64,000 nt of DNA, from assembly GCA_965644295.1 (NCBI GenBank), contig CBFFRP010000028.1:186001-250000 (forward strand). The letters run 5' to 3'. This DNA is from Paraphysomonas bandaiensis (lineage: Eukaryota; Protista; Chrysophyceae). Positions 15,001-27,454 of the stretch are shown piece after piece (the first letter of the stretch is position 1; each line of letters starts with the position of its first letter). The notes under the pieces are model-generated. The model did no database searches, was not told where the DNA came from, and saw only the letters and a list, made by a program, of their open reading frames with translations. The translations under genes and the position numbers were made by a program.

Positions 15001-18000
15001 TGCAAACCATCAACACTTTTGAGCTCATGAAGTGGTGAGCGATAAAGAGGCTTGACTACATTTCCTACCATGTAATTCTCTGGACGGCTTATACTATTCA
15101 ATATACCATTTTGTGCATCCTCTTTGTTGATTTCCAATATTAACTTCCTCGCTTTGAGAAGGATTCTTTCCGCTTCCTCCGCTTGTGCAAGCAAATTTCT
15201 TGGGCATCTTGGTAGCTCTCGCACTGCAGACAAAGCCACAGAAAGATCTTCTATACCTTTTTCTTGCACTAATACCTCTACGTCTGCGGCGGAAGTAAGC
15301 TTCCAATATACCGCACAACCAGATAATGCATTTCTCAACTGAATTCCACATTCCTGAATTTGTAGCAGCAACGAGCAGAACCGAATTTCAACTCCATATT
15401 CTGGAACTTGTGTACGAGCTGGGTGATGCTCAATCGCATTCAAGAGTTCCTTGCTCTTTGAAATAGCTATTATGCACGCCATTAGCATAAATACATTACA
15501 TTACCTGAGGAATGCTTTCTGACTGCATCAAACGGCGAATATTGAGCGATTTATCAGCTAGATCTAACATTGAAGTAAATTTACTTTCATCTAAATTCAT
15601 TTCTTTAGCTGTCTGAATAATGTCTCTGCCAGACTTGATGTCACTGGTCAAAAGTGACCAATCTCCGGATTCGAAATCAAGAAGCGAAAAACACGGCGTT
15701 ATACACACAGTTCTCAGCTCAGAGAGCGTGAGGTAGTACTTCGCTAGCCACCTACAATTATCGACCTCCTGAACAGCTAATGGATACCGACACTGCATTA
15801 TATCAACTAAATGAGGAGAGATGGATGGCAAATAGTTTATTAGCTCGTCCCATGAACGTCGGTTGAACAGATGCCTGATATCTAATATCACACCAGCAAT
15901 TTCTATTGCGTTTGTAGCACATACAGAGTAAGGACGTTCGTTATTTTCACGTGCCTCTGAAAGTATGTGCTCAATATCATGTGTTTCAGCTATAAAATCC
16001 AACGATACAGATTTCCTGATGTTGCCGATCGACAACACTGCGTCCAGAGAGTTTATTACATTCCTTTCTGCAACCCAGTGCTTGTATAATTTGAATTGTG
16101 GCCGAATTACGTTCATAAATTGCGGCTCGTCTGAGCAATCTGTACCGATCAAAGAGTTGGCAACATTATCGAATATCTAACACAGAAAAATATTAAGGGA
16201 TACTGTTTCACGCACAAAACACCAACCTGAAGAGATTCTTTCACAGCATCACTATCATCAGCTGCTGCATTACTTCTGCATTCCACCAATAGGCCACAGA
16301 AGGTTAACAACGCTCGACATTCTTTAGATCGCAAATTAGATTGGTCAATTTCACCAATCGTATTTTCAATATCATCAACAGAATCAAGATTTTGTGGTTC
16401 CAGTTTCCCCGACACTGTATCAAAATAGACAATGCTACTTTCCACTGCCTTACACATATCAGGTACGTACTGCGCTACTTCTTTCTCGATGTCGCGCAAG
16501 CGTGTTTCGGCAGTCAAAAGAGCTGCCTCGGCACCCTCAACTAGGGACTTATATTCTGCCAACGTCGTAATTGCAGTTTGCAATTGCACGCCAGTTAGGT
16601 CTGTAGAAGTCTGTATTCGATTTACGGAATCCTCTGCCATCTGCAGTTTTTCTAGCATATTGCTGGCAGCTGTCACCCAATCGTGCACAAAATTCATTTC
16701 ATGTGCCGCTGATATCTGATTCCTCAAAGTTTGTACATCATTCGAAGTCAGTGGACCAGATCTTTTACCGTCATCCAGTATAGCAGCAATGTTCTGAGTA
16801 ATTGCTTGTTGCTTGCGCAACATTTCTAGATAGTTAGTTTCTCTCGTTACTATGTGGAGAAGAATATCTTTGTACGAAAGTGTATTTAAACAATGACAGT
16901 GGCTTTTGAGTTCGATTATGCTATTTTCGGCGTTTTCAAGGTCACAGTCTGACACAAAGGAATCATATGCCCTTGTACAATCCCTATTACACGTCGACAG
17001 GGTTAAGAGGTTAAATGACACTTTGACACACATAGTATACAACCATACCTGATTCTTTTGAAAATTTTTCGAATTCGACAGGATCGACACCACTTCTTAA
17101 TCGTATCTGCAGCACCAAGTTCTAATATTTCTTTCTCATTTTCAAGGAAGCGAAACTCATTTCCCTTCATGAATACCATCGTACGCCCAACTTGCAAAAA
17201 CGAAACTTTACTTGAGTGTACACCCTGTATCGTACTCACAACTTTCTGGGCGAGCTGACAGCTGGAGTCATATTCATTCTCGTCGCTGACGACATGAGGC
17301 CAACGATACACCTCAGGGAGCAGACAACGGTAGCGATCGATAAACTCTTCGTGTTTCAGCCTAAAGGGCAGGCCAGACTGCTGAATCTTTACAACTTCGA
17401 AAACGCCGCTGTACAAAAGCTGGCGGTGAACCAATGGGGCTTCAAAATCACGGGGAATACACCTCGAGCTAGATTTGATGCAGCGAACAAAATGACTCTC
17501 AGTGCTACGTAGCATTCCCATCAGTGACGCAAGCTGCGTTTGAAACCCTTTAGATAACGACGGCACAGAGCTACGTACACTGGTTTTGCGCATCCCACTT
17601 TTTTCCGGAGACACGTCATGGTCAACAGAGTCCGACTGAGTCGAGAATATTCGACCAACAAGTGGGTTAGATGATGATATCATCGCGCCGACGAGGTCAT
17701 TCGACAGAGTTTCAGTATTTTTCTCCATAAAGTTATTAGGTATGTATGTCACAGGGCCAGCATAGTGGCTGACATTGAATGAGTCCTTCTGTATAGAAAA
17801 GGTTAATATCTGGTCGCTATCTTTGATGGCTGGAATATTCAAACGCTTCATTTTGTCAAACCAAGTTTTTGACGATCCCCTTGGAATACGGGCTTCTTCG
17901 TCCAGACTCTTAAAGCATTCTTCTATCTTCGCAATTACGGGATCATTAGGTTTGAACAGAATACTTTCGCATTCGATTTCCTCAGCTTCATATAACTTCG

Positions 18001-19648
18001 TCTCCGTGATGAAAATAACAAAGTTGAAGTGATTTTGTAGCATTTCATTGCAGTAATTAATACACAACTGTTCAAAAGAGTTCACTTCAAATATTTCAAA
18101 GCCGAAAATATCGAGAAGGCCAATCATTCTTGTTGGCTTACTGGATTCTGGACATTTGTTATTCTCATTGATCTGAGTAATAATATATTCAAATATCTTA
18201 TCGTAAAGATTTCGCGCAAGTGAATCTCTTGTTTCCAGCGCCTTTTGAGTATTCAATCGAACAGTGGTGATACTCTTTCTCATTCCACCTGTAACATTCT
18301 ATGACGTCATCCTTATCAATAAATACATGGAACGCAGCATCTAGTACAGCCAAATTGCGTTGTTATATACGATATATATACCTGACTGAAATGTACGTGT
18401 GCATAGTGCCTGGCCAAGAGTTCCAGCACTCACGCCTAGCGCCTCCGCCGCCTCTGCAAAAGATCTTCTCGACTCATCGCTTGATGTGTTTACCTCTGAA
18501 GATTCTCCCTCATCAATACCATCAAAATCAATATTTCCTAGGACCAAAACAGCACCAACCACACGAAATATCTCAAGTATCACCTCTGGCTCAAACCCCA
18601 TGTCAAGAAACGCGTCGAACATCTCTTCGAAATTATCAGCATCGTTGAGATCCTTAGCCTCCTGTGATCCTTGGCAAAGATACTTGTAGTCGGTACTGTT
18701 TGGACGATTGAAGAGGTGAATATCACGAAGCATATCCTCTGAACCACCCCGAAGGATCTGATAGAACACGTGATAGTTGCGTTCCTTGATATCTCTTTGT
18801 GTAACGCGCGATTTCTAAAGACATACAAATTATCGGATTACGCAATTATTACATACGAACTCAAGTATGAAATATCTTTTTAGATTATTTCTTACCTCAA
18901 GCAAATAAGATGTTATTTTTGATCCTTGGATGACATTGTCCTGAGAGAATATCAGTTCCATCCACTTGCCGAATCGTGAGGAGTTGGGATTACGTATGGT
19001 TTGTGCGTTTCCAAAAGCTTCCAGTATAGGACTGGCGGCTATAATTCTACTAGCAATTTGAGAGACTTCCGTATTTTCTACATCAGTCGATACATGGCGC
19101 CCTCCGCCGGAGACTCGAGTGAGATAGTCCAGACATTGCTTCGTCGCCTCTGTCTTTCCAGCACCAGATTCGCCAGATATCAACAACGATTGGTTCTTAC
19201 CGAACGAACACATTGCTGAGTATGCTCTTGCTGGAATTAGATATACATGTGCTGGCAATTCTTCGTCTTTGATGTGCCGATATTCATTGATCTTTGCTGG
19301 ACCATAAAGGCCTTCAATCGTCTCAAAAGGATTCAAGGCCATTAACACAGCACCGATAGATGTGTATATAGCTTTTCGCATAAACCTTATTCTACTAGAA
19401 TTTAGAATAGTTGCATCGTTTACTTGTGACAGTGATATCAAATCATTAACATCCTCCGTCATTACAGATGGGTCTTCTATTGGAATACACTCAGATTCAG
19501 CAATCGTTATAGATTTCTGATCATCCAACAACACAAGGGACAGAGTTTCATCTTTTCTTGACGTAAGTTCTGCTGCACACCATATGTGATCAGGATGCGG
19601 ACACCAGTAATACTCTTTTTTGGTCTTCTTCACTATTTTTCTGTTCAT
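21..19648 (-). CDS. Giant unconventional myosin heavy chain (~5,600-5,700 aa, ~51 introns)
   Basis: The motor has an N-terminal SH3-like start (YWCPHPDHIW), P-loop GESGAGKT, switch I NPNSSRFGK, switch II DIFGFE, SFEQLCINYCNE and HFVRCIK, followed by one IQ-like neck (AADTIKKWCRSCRIRK). All downstream minus-strand ORFs join in frame via phase-compatible GT-AG introns (e.g. 18815-18895, 18289-18381, 15456-15504, 11731-11785, 7969-8018, 4997-5044, 288-335) to a TGA at 21-23. The motor call is near certain; single-transcript continuity is inferred. Confidence 0.85.
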
Positions 19649-19960
19649 TGTTACAATGGAGGAGACAGCACAACACTACGATTATATTCAGATACAAGTA
19701 TCAAACATGAGATCAGTCATTCCATGTGTCAAGATAAGACCATTGCGGTCACTGAATGTGTCCTTGATAGTTTGCATTTCAGCAGGAATATGGATGTGTG
19801 TCTCCTCTTTATATGTGTGAGATATGCATAGACGATATGTGTATATGGGATACAGCAGCAGCAGACATGGAACGATAGATACAGCAGGCAGGAATAGCAG
19901 TACAGCATATACTGTATGTAAAGGTGTACACATATCACAATATGGCAGTTGACTTCAGTA

Positions 19961-19972
19961 TAGGAATTCCTA
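19961..19972. promoter_or_regulatory. Palindrome TAGGAATTCCTA at the centre of the myosin/Maf divergent spacer
   Basis: Perfect 12-bp palindrome ~310 nt from the myosin ATG and ~300 nt from the Maf ATG. Variants occur in other upstream regions. Confidence 0.4.
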
Positions 19973-20268
19973 GTAGAATACCACAAAATACAACGTATTT
20001 TTTATATGTCAGAGATTTTAAGAGCGCTGTGTTGGGTACATTTCTACCAGTATATACCGTATACCGTATACTCTGTATATCCTGTGCATAACTATCGCAG
20101 AGGTCAAGTCTAGAACCACACTGTGGAGTGTATACATACACGTGTAATAATAATATAAAGAGAGATCAAACCTGACTTCTGAACGTATGCACTCATACTC
20201 AACGGATCGGTGTCTGCTATAAATTTCCTCTGTATTGTGAACTTGTTGGCCCTATTGGATTAAAGTCA

Positions 20269-21105
20269 ATGGAGGCTAAAGGGGATGGTAGACCACCCAT
20301 GTCTCTCATGGACGCTAAAAGTGCATCGTATGACGCGGACTCGAAAATGTCTCATGGATTCTCTTCTAAACCTGCTAAGAATGTTGCGGCGAAAGACTAT
20401 CCATTGTCTCCGACAGATAATTTACTTTCTCCATGTTCACAAAAGCTGAGACGTAAACGCAGCAAGAAGTTGTCAGAAGACAGTGTGGAATACTGGCGCC
20501 TACCAGATGGCATAGATATTATACTGGGAAGTACTTCTATAGCGAGAGCGAATATATTGAGAGAAGTGGGTTGGGAGTTTCGTTGTGTTAACCCTCGTAT
20601 TAATAAAAAATCTGTAACTTCTAATGACCCTTTCCGACTCCCTGTGCTTCTTGCGAAGGCAGAGGCAACGGCAGTCTTGGAAGAGATTCAGGGAACCACC
20701 GTTCCAACTGTTATCATCACGACTGATCAAATTGTACTATTCGAGAACGAAGTCCGTGGTGTACCCGTCAATGAAGATGAGGCGAGAGAGTTCTTGCTGT
20801 CATACCACGAGGGTAAGATTGTACAAATCGTAAGCGGTGTTGTTGCTACGCATATTCCCAGTGGTCGCCAGAGCGCCGAATTAGATATTTGTACTATTCA
20901 TTGGAATGGTATTCCCGAAAATGTTGTGGAGCGTTTCTTGGCTACCAAGCATATGATTTACGAGAGTGCTGGGGCGATCCTCATCGAAGACCCGGATTTT
21001 TTGCAGTACGTGGATCACATAGAGGGACAACTTGACTCGATACGAGGGCTACCAGTCGCGGCCATGAAGCGGACCATTCGGTCTGTTGTTTCCAGTGATA
21101 TATAG
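20269..21105 (+). CDS. Maf-family (nucleoside triphosphate pyrophosphatase-like) protein with N-terminal Spo12-like motif
   Basis: Intronless 278-aa ORF with Maf motifs IILGSTSIAR, IITTDQIV, SAGAILIE and DSIRGLP. The N-terminal extension contains LSPTDNLLSPCSQKL (20404-20448). Confidence 0.85.
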   Translation: MEAKGDGRPPMSLMDAKSASYDADSKMSHGFSSKPAKNVAAKDYPLSPTDNLLSPCSQKLRRKRSKKLSEDSVEYWRLPDGIDIILGSTSIARANILREVGWEFRCVNPRINKKSVTSNDPFRLPVLLAKAEATAVLEEIQGTTVPTVIITTDQIVLFENEVRGVPVNEDEAREFLLSYHEGKIVQIVSGVVATHIPSGRQSAELDICTIHWNGIPENVVERFLATKHMIYESAGAILIEDPDFLQYVDHIEGQLDSIRGLPVAAMKRTIRSVVSSDI

Positions 21106-21700
21106 CTTTCGTTATCTGGCTATATTTTTTTTTACTGTCCGGGACCTGAATTTCTGTTTGGGACTATCGTTCATTGTTCTAACTGTTGTTGTATGTTGCT
21201 CCGTCTTATAGTAAACCTTATTCAGCTTCTTATTTGTAGTGTGTGTACAGTCATACGTAATTGGAATCTGTGTTTTCGTATGAAATAATAAAAATAACTA
21301 TTAAGCAATGGTTCGAATACACTTTGTATGATTGTGACTTGTGACTACTATTCCCTAATCTAGGCACAAAGAGACACAGAGTATTAGCTTAGAGCCTAGT
21401 ATATACAATATATATATATTCAGTAGTGAAATTAGAATTGGAGTATATCGTATGCGTAACTGAACAAAAGTATTGGTCGACTATATGCGGTGTGGTTGCG
21501 TTGTTGCTGTTGAAGGAAAAGGTTCAAATCGTTTCTACAAATTTTGTGCTTGAATTAATATGAATTATTCATATTGTCAAATAATTATTAAATTACAGTG
21601 CAATAAGTATTACGCTTAAAATAATGTCGGGACCACCACATATATAAAACATGACGGACCTACGTTTAAAATATCAAATATGTCCAACTGCACGAGGCAC

Positions 21701-22604
21701 TCAGCATCGTTTGCTATCACATATTTCGCACTCATCAAGGTATCCACTATTTACAAAAGTACATGCCCTACAAGACCACGAGGCACCGGACAGATCACTA
21801 TCTTCGCTGCCAGGAGAGGGTGTAGCCTCCAGGTCTTCAGGTGTGCACTTATCCTGAGGTATACTAACTGTCTTATCTTTCCACTTCATAACATGATTGA
21901 TTTCTCCTAGTTGCTTACCACTTTCACCACTGTCAGGGTTTAGTTTCTTCCGTTGACGACGAAGTTTAAGGTCGCCGGGACGATCGTAGTAAGCCAATAT
22001 GCTCCCACGCTTTTTCTTTCGCGTAGATGGAGCAGTGTCTTCGATCCTATTCGAGGTATTACCTGATACATGCGAGCTCCTATTGTTTAATTTCTCTGCA
22101 AGTTCTCTTGCTATTCGTGCATCTTCCTCAACTCGAGCGGCGACTTCCTCCTGCTCACCCCGTAGGCGTTCTGCTTCGCTCTCCACCAATCGTCGAGCCA
22201 GCTCGGTGTCATATTCGATCTGTTCGCTATCTTCTGCTATTCGCTCTTCTAACATTTTTTTATACTCTCCGGCGAGTACACCCGTGCCAAGGGGGACTGG
22301 CACGATGCCGTCATCTTCACGTTGTATCACTTGGTCTCGCAGCTGCGATAAGTAGTCTGCGGGGGTAGCATCCTCACATCGTTTCATCACACTCCTTACA
22401 CCAATCCTTCGTTAGTTTACAATGAATACAATATATACTGTTCAGTTACCTCGCAATCCATCGCTTCTTGTCCCAAGGGCAAGTCACGCTAGTGTCCACA
22501 ATGGAACGTAAACACTCTCTACACAGCGTTTTAGCACAACAAAAGAGCTTCATGGGCGCGTGTATATCATCATCATATCTTTCAAAGCACAGTTCGCACT
22601 CCAT
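21701..22604 (-). CDS. RING-type E3 ubiquitin ligase with two MIU-like motifs and C-terminal RanBP2/NZF zinc finger
   Basis: Exon 1 encodes CELC..CCAKTLCREC..CPWD (RING); intron at 22407-22449; EYDTELARRL and EEDARIAREL are MIU-like; WSCRACTFVN..CEIC is an NZF with the TF dipeptide. Confidence 0.8.
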
Positions 22605-23343
22605 ATATAAAGATACAGTTCTAAACGTAATAATCACAATAAATCTTTAGTTCATAAGATCAGGTTGATGAATGCAGTTGATTCAGTGCTGTTATTAACC
22701 AGCTTCATCTCGTAAAGTCAATCCCATTAACACCATGCTTTGTGTCACAAGGTATCCAATGAATCAGCGTCAGTGATGTGCGGTACTTTACATTTCCAAA
22801 GCATCATAGCGCAGAAAGGATTGCTGATTGTGGGTACTAACTCGAGAACTGTGCTGTACCATACTTAGCTACATGTCGCTCATCAGGCAGCGAGTCACTG
22901 TGTGTTTTTTGTTCTTGATGTTCTTTTTTGGGGTGATTTTGATTTTTGAATCCACTGCTGCTGTATACCGCCGTATACAGCGGTATACTTGGATGCTGCT
23001 GGTGATGGGTATGTAGAAATACATACACGTATACCCGGGTAATACCGTACAAAAAATACCATTTGAAAGAGAAAAAATGTAACGGCCACCGAGTGCATGC
23101 AGGATGTGTATGTGTATGTCCATGTACGTGATTCCCCATATGACAGACAGCCTCCAGTGTGCTGCTATGCAACTGCTGGGAGTTGGGAATATATTAACGA
23201 CACACGGAGGTCTATTAAACAGATCAACAGTCTGCTCTCGTTCCATGATAGTGCAAGATAGATAATACACATATATCTGGACAAGCAACGCTGTATTATT
23301 AGCAATATCTGACTTCTTATTCCTATTCTATTAAACTCCACTG

Positions 23344-26218
23344 ATGGCAGACGCTGTGAGTTCCTATAAATTTCATTGTCACTTCTCTTACAATACCGAA
23401 ATACAGGATACCGAAACAGCGGATGCTGTGTCACTTGAAAAAGGCGGAAAAGGCGCAAACGGAGAAGATTATGAGAATGATCTTGAGGCCAATGCCTCTG
23501 CATTTGAGGCCCTGGAGAGGGACTTCCAGGATGTGAGTTGATATGAGATACAGTGTTTAGGTAATGTTGTTTACAGGTTTTGTCTGAACTTATGGGCGAT
23601 CAAAGTTTGGAGAAATTCAGACTCGAGTATGAGAAGCTCCATCGAGCTTTAAAGAAGTCCCATGAGCAAGAAAAGCGCTTGGTGAAGAAGTGCAGGGAAT
23701 TGAATTCTGAAATATTGAACAATCAAGCCAAAATTAAAACCGCGTTGAGATTATCACAAGAAGACCAGAAGACTATTTCACATCTACAAAAGGAAATGGA
23801 AAAGACGTGGAAACTGGTCTACATGTCTCAAGAAAAAGAAATGCGTGGCAAAGAGACTATCACTCAATTAAAAGAAGAAATGGCCAATCTAAGTAAACTT
23901 GTAGAGAAGGGTGCAGGACTGAGCATAAACCAAGAAAATATGGTAAAAGAATTCAAACAGGCGAAGGAGGATTTGCAGCGTCATGTAAGTATTGTATGCG
24001 TATGACCGTGGTGTCGTTATTGGAACACTCTTTTTAGGTGGATGAGCAACAATCACAGATATCCCAGATGGAAGTGCAGCTAGTTGAGCAGCATAAGGTC
24101 CAGGAAGACCTTAGAGAGGAGAAAATGAAGGCCATTGCGACATCTGATGATCTAAGAATTAAACTTCAAGCGAAGGAAACCGAGATCGAGAGGGAAGCAC
24201 GTCGCCGAGAGAAAACCCAAAAGGAGCTTCAAGACGCCCGTTTAAAACTTGACGAGAAAATCCGACAGGAGGAATTGATGACAGGGGAAGTGACCAAAAC
24301 CCACGCTCAAGTTCAGGAGCTGGAAAAACAGCTCAATGATGCGCGAACCACCATGGAGAAATATCTGCGTGATTATGACGCTCTGTATCACCGAACCCAC
24401 AAAGTGACAGAGGACCTGGAGGACCAGGTCAACAGGAACCGGCAGATGTACCTCTCGAACGTAAATTTGGAAAAGGATATTAAGATAAGAAATTCAGAGG
24501 TGAGTCGTTTGCGTACGGAGAAAGGTCAGCTCGAGCGCTTGTTGGAGAAGGAGCATGCCCAGGTGTTGCACTACAAGCAGCAACTGGAAGCTTCCAAGAC
24601 TCCTTTGGTGATGTTACAGCAAGAAGTGGACAGTCTTCAGAAAGAGTTACTGAAACACAGAAAGGTAGAAGATCAGCTGGAACGTGCCCGTCAGACAGTC
24701 GAGAAGGAGAAGATGTTGCAGATGAGGGCGACGGAAAAGGCTGAGGGGAGAACAAAAGAACAGGAGGATCTCCTGAGGGAGCAGGAACGAGTCACGTCCA
24801 GTCTCAGTTCTGAGATGCAAGGCTACAAGGATGAACTGCAGCGATTACGAAAGGTCATATATCAGCTTGAGAAGGACAGAGAGAGACTTGGGAACGAGGC
24901 TGGGGAACAGAAGAATGTTATCCTGGAGCATGTGGAGAAGGTTAAGCTGAAGGACGTCCATATTATGGAACTTCAGAAGAAAATAGTGGAATGGGAGGCG
25001 AAATTAAAGCAGCAGCAACAACTATATGAGACCGTCCGTACTGATCGCAATCACTACAGCAAGAGCTTGATAGAGTCGCAGGATGAAATCGCAGAGATGC
25101 GGAAAAAGATAAAGATCATGGATCACCAGATCGAGCAGCTAAAGGAAGAGATCTCAGCAAAGGACCAGGCTATCGTGAAAGAATATTTCGACTATCAGCG
25201 TGCGGAAAAGCTTCGAGAGCACGTACAGAATGAGCTTAATCGGAAGAATTTGTTGTTGGAGAGCAATCACGAGCTTATCAAACAGCAGGACGTGGAGGTG
25301 AGAAGACTAACGTCAACGATCCGACGCATGGACGAAGAGTCTCTCGCGCAGCGCAAGGAGTACGACCAGGTCATAAACGAAAGAGATATTCTAGGCACCC
25401 AACTGATTCGGCGGAATGATGAGCTTGCTCTCCTCTATGAGAAGCTCCGTGTTCAGCAGAGTGCTCTAAGCGCCGGCGAGGCACAATATGCAGCGAGGCT
25501 GGACGATATTAGGGCACTCCGGATGAAAGTGAAGGACCTCGCCCGTGAGCTGAATGTGTCGAAAGGTAGTGGCGCAAAGATCGAAAGTCTTAGGAGAGAG
25601 GTTCTACATCTGCAGCGCGAGCTATTACAGGAGAAAACGAAAGTAACAGCGCTGTCGGAGGAACTGGAGAATCCAATGAACGTCCATAGATGGCGTAAAC
25701 TTGAAGGAAGCGATCCAGCAACATTCGAACTTATTCAGAAAGTACAAACGCTTCAAAAGCGTCTTATATCGAAAACGGAGGAAGTTGTTGAGAAGAGCTT
25801 AATTATTCAAGAAAAAGAAAAAATGTACAATGAGCTCAAAGGGGTGCTTGCACGACAACCGGGACCCGAAGTCGCAGAGCAGCTAACTACATATCAGCAG
25901 AGTTTGAAGCAAAAGACAAGACAGATGAAGGCTATGGCGAGCGAATTGAACATGTACCAGGCTCAAGTGAATGAATACCGCTATGATGTCGAAAGGTTGA
26001 ACAGAGAACTACAGGATGTAAAACGAAAGTATTATCAACAGAAACGGAAAGATCAAATAGTGAAAGAAATGGGAGGGAATCTTTCTGGAGCTTCTGTTGA
26101 CGATTCGGGTGTTATTGTTATGAGTAAGACTGCTCCTAATGCTTTGCGAAGTGAGCAAGCAGCTGTAGCGAAACAAGCACGGACAAGGTTCGCTGGTGGT
26201 GGCTTTGCTGTCAAATAA
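23344..26218 (+). CDS. CFAP58: Cilia- and flagella-associated protein 58 (CCDC147/FAP189-like)
   Basis: Hallmark peptides FEALERDFQ, LEKFRLEYEKLHRALKKSHE, ERDILGTQLIRRNDELALLYEK, LENPMNVHRWRKLEGSDP and C-terminal RFAGGGF. Introns at 23356-23407, 23533-23576 and 23985-24037. Confidence 0.95.
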
Positions 26219-26832
26219 ATGATATTGTGGCCACGAATGAGATGTGTCCTCATTTGACAACATGTGGTTCTTAAGCACCTCTCCTTTAGAAGATGGTTAT
26301 TGTGTCTTTTAATACTAATAATAATAACATATTTATACATTGTCATATGTGTTAAACACTATTGTGATAAGTTGATATAATCCAGAGAGAATTTGTAAGT
26401 TTTAACTATTATTTAAGTTAGAAGTCATGGCATTTCCAGTCAAGATGGCTTAAAGTACACATAATACATAGATAACTGATTCATTAAACTTATGAACACT
26501 TACCACTTACACGGTTCCCGCTCACAATTGCAATTTAATTGATACTAAAATACGTACTCATGTAGCATACATTAGCTGCCAACGTTGCTTGCTCATCTGT
26601 TATTTCATTCCAGAGGCAACGCTATATTTATTCGATCCTTCTCCGTCCGGGTAAGTGGGGCCTTTATACCACCTTGAAACTTCACGACTGCCTATTTGAA
26701 GCAGCGTTCTGAATAATAGCAGCATTGTCGCCCATATGTGTGCCTTCTGATAGACGAAAGTCGTGAAGGCCAAGCTGGTGTTCATCTTCCTTCTGTAACT
26801 CTATAGCCACACATTGAAATAGTGAAAAGACG

Positions 26833-27454
26833 AGTAAGAGTCAGAACTAACATAGCATTACAATTTAACTAACTAATGATTAACTCTGATATCCTCCTAT
26901 TTAGCGTCACCGCAAGCACCAAGGTGCAACCACTTTCACTCTCTGTCCTTAAGAGGTGAGCTAGCCTGGATTCTTGTCTTCAGCAGGCAGCCCCATACCC
27001 CGGATTCCCTTGAGGTGTACTAGAATATGGATCTTATTCTAGTATATTCAGTATGTCACTTGAAGACAATGTACGAGAATACAGTGAAATATAGTGATGT
27101 ACAAATGCTGTGATGATATTGAGAAACTAAAATAGTTTGATCTTTCAAGATATGTTCAGTAACGAGAGGTTCGCATATGTAGGATATTATGCAGGGATTA
27201 TAATGAGTTAGTGTTGGTTATCACAACTTCGTGTAAACGATATTAATAAATCTATCTAGTCTTACGACAAATTCTCTCTGTGATCTAGCTTAAAATGAGC
27301 ATTTCTCAATAAGGTGAGCCCATTCCCGGGATGCCTGATTTTTCGTCAGGGGCCAGAGATGTCAACACAAGTGGCATTAATTTGTGTCCCTTGAACCACA
27401 CAAGCATCTGGCTATGAACATCACGAAAAGGTGCAAGTCCGACTTTGTTCAGGG
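26833..27454. repeat. Interspersed repeat A, copy 1 (degenerate, interrupted by a solo-LTR-like insertion)
   Basis: Shares GCAAGCACCAAGGTGC, CTTCAGCAGGCAGCCC and the CACGAAAAGGTGCxAGTCCGACTTTGTT end with copies at 27716, 34111 and 48866. Confidence 0.85.
27018..27311. mobile_element. 294-bp insertion with 5-bp TSD (AGGTG), probable solo LTR, TA...TA termini
   Basis: AGGTG at 27013-27017 and 27312-27316. Uninterrupted repeat-A copies read CTTGAGGTGGGCC at this position, which is the empty site. Confidence 0.7.

Noticed and set aside
26940-27360. Hammerhead ribozyme cores (CTGAAGA, CTGACGA on the minus strand) in repeat A
   Set aside because: Not conserved across copies, and no correctly placed stem II-GAAA-stem III could be built.
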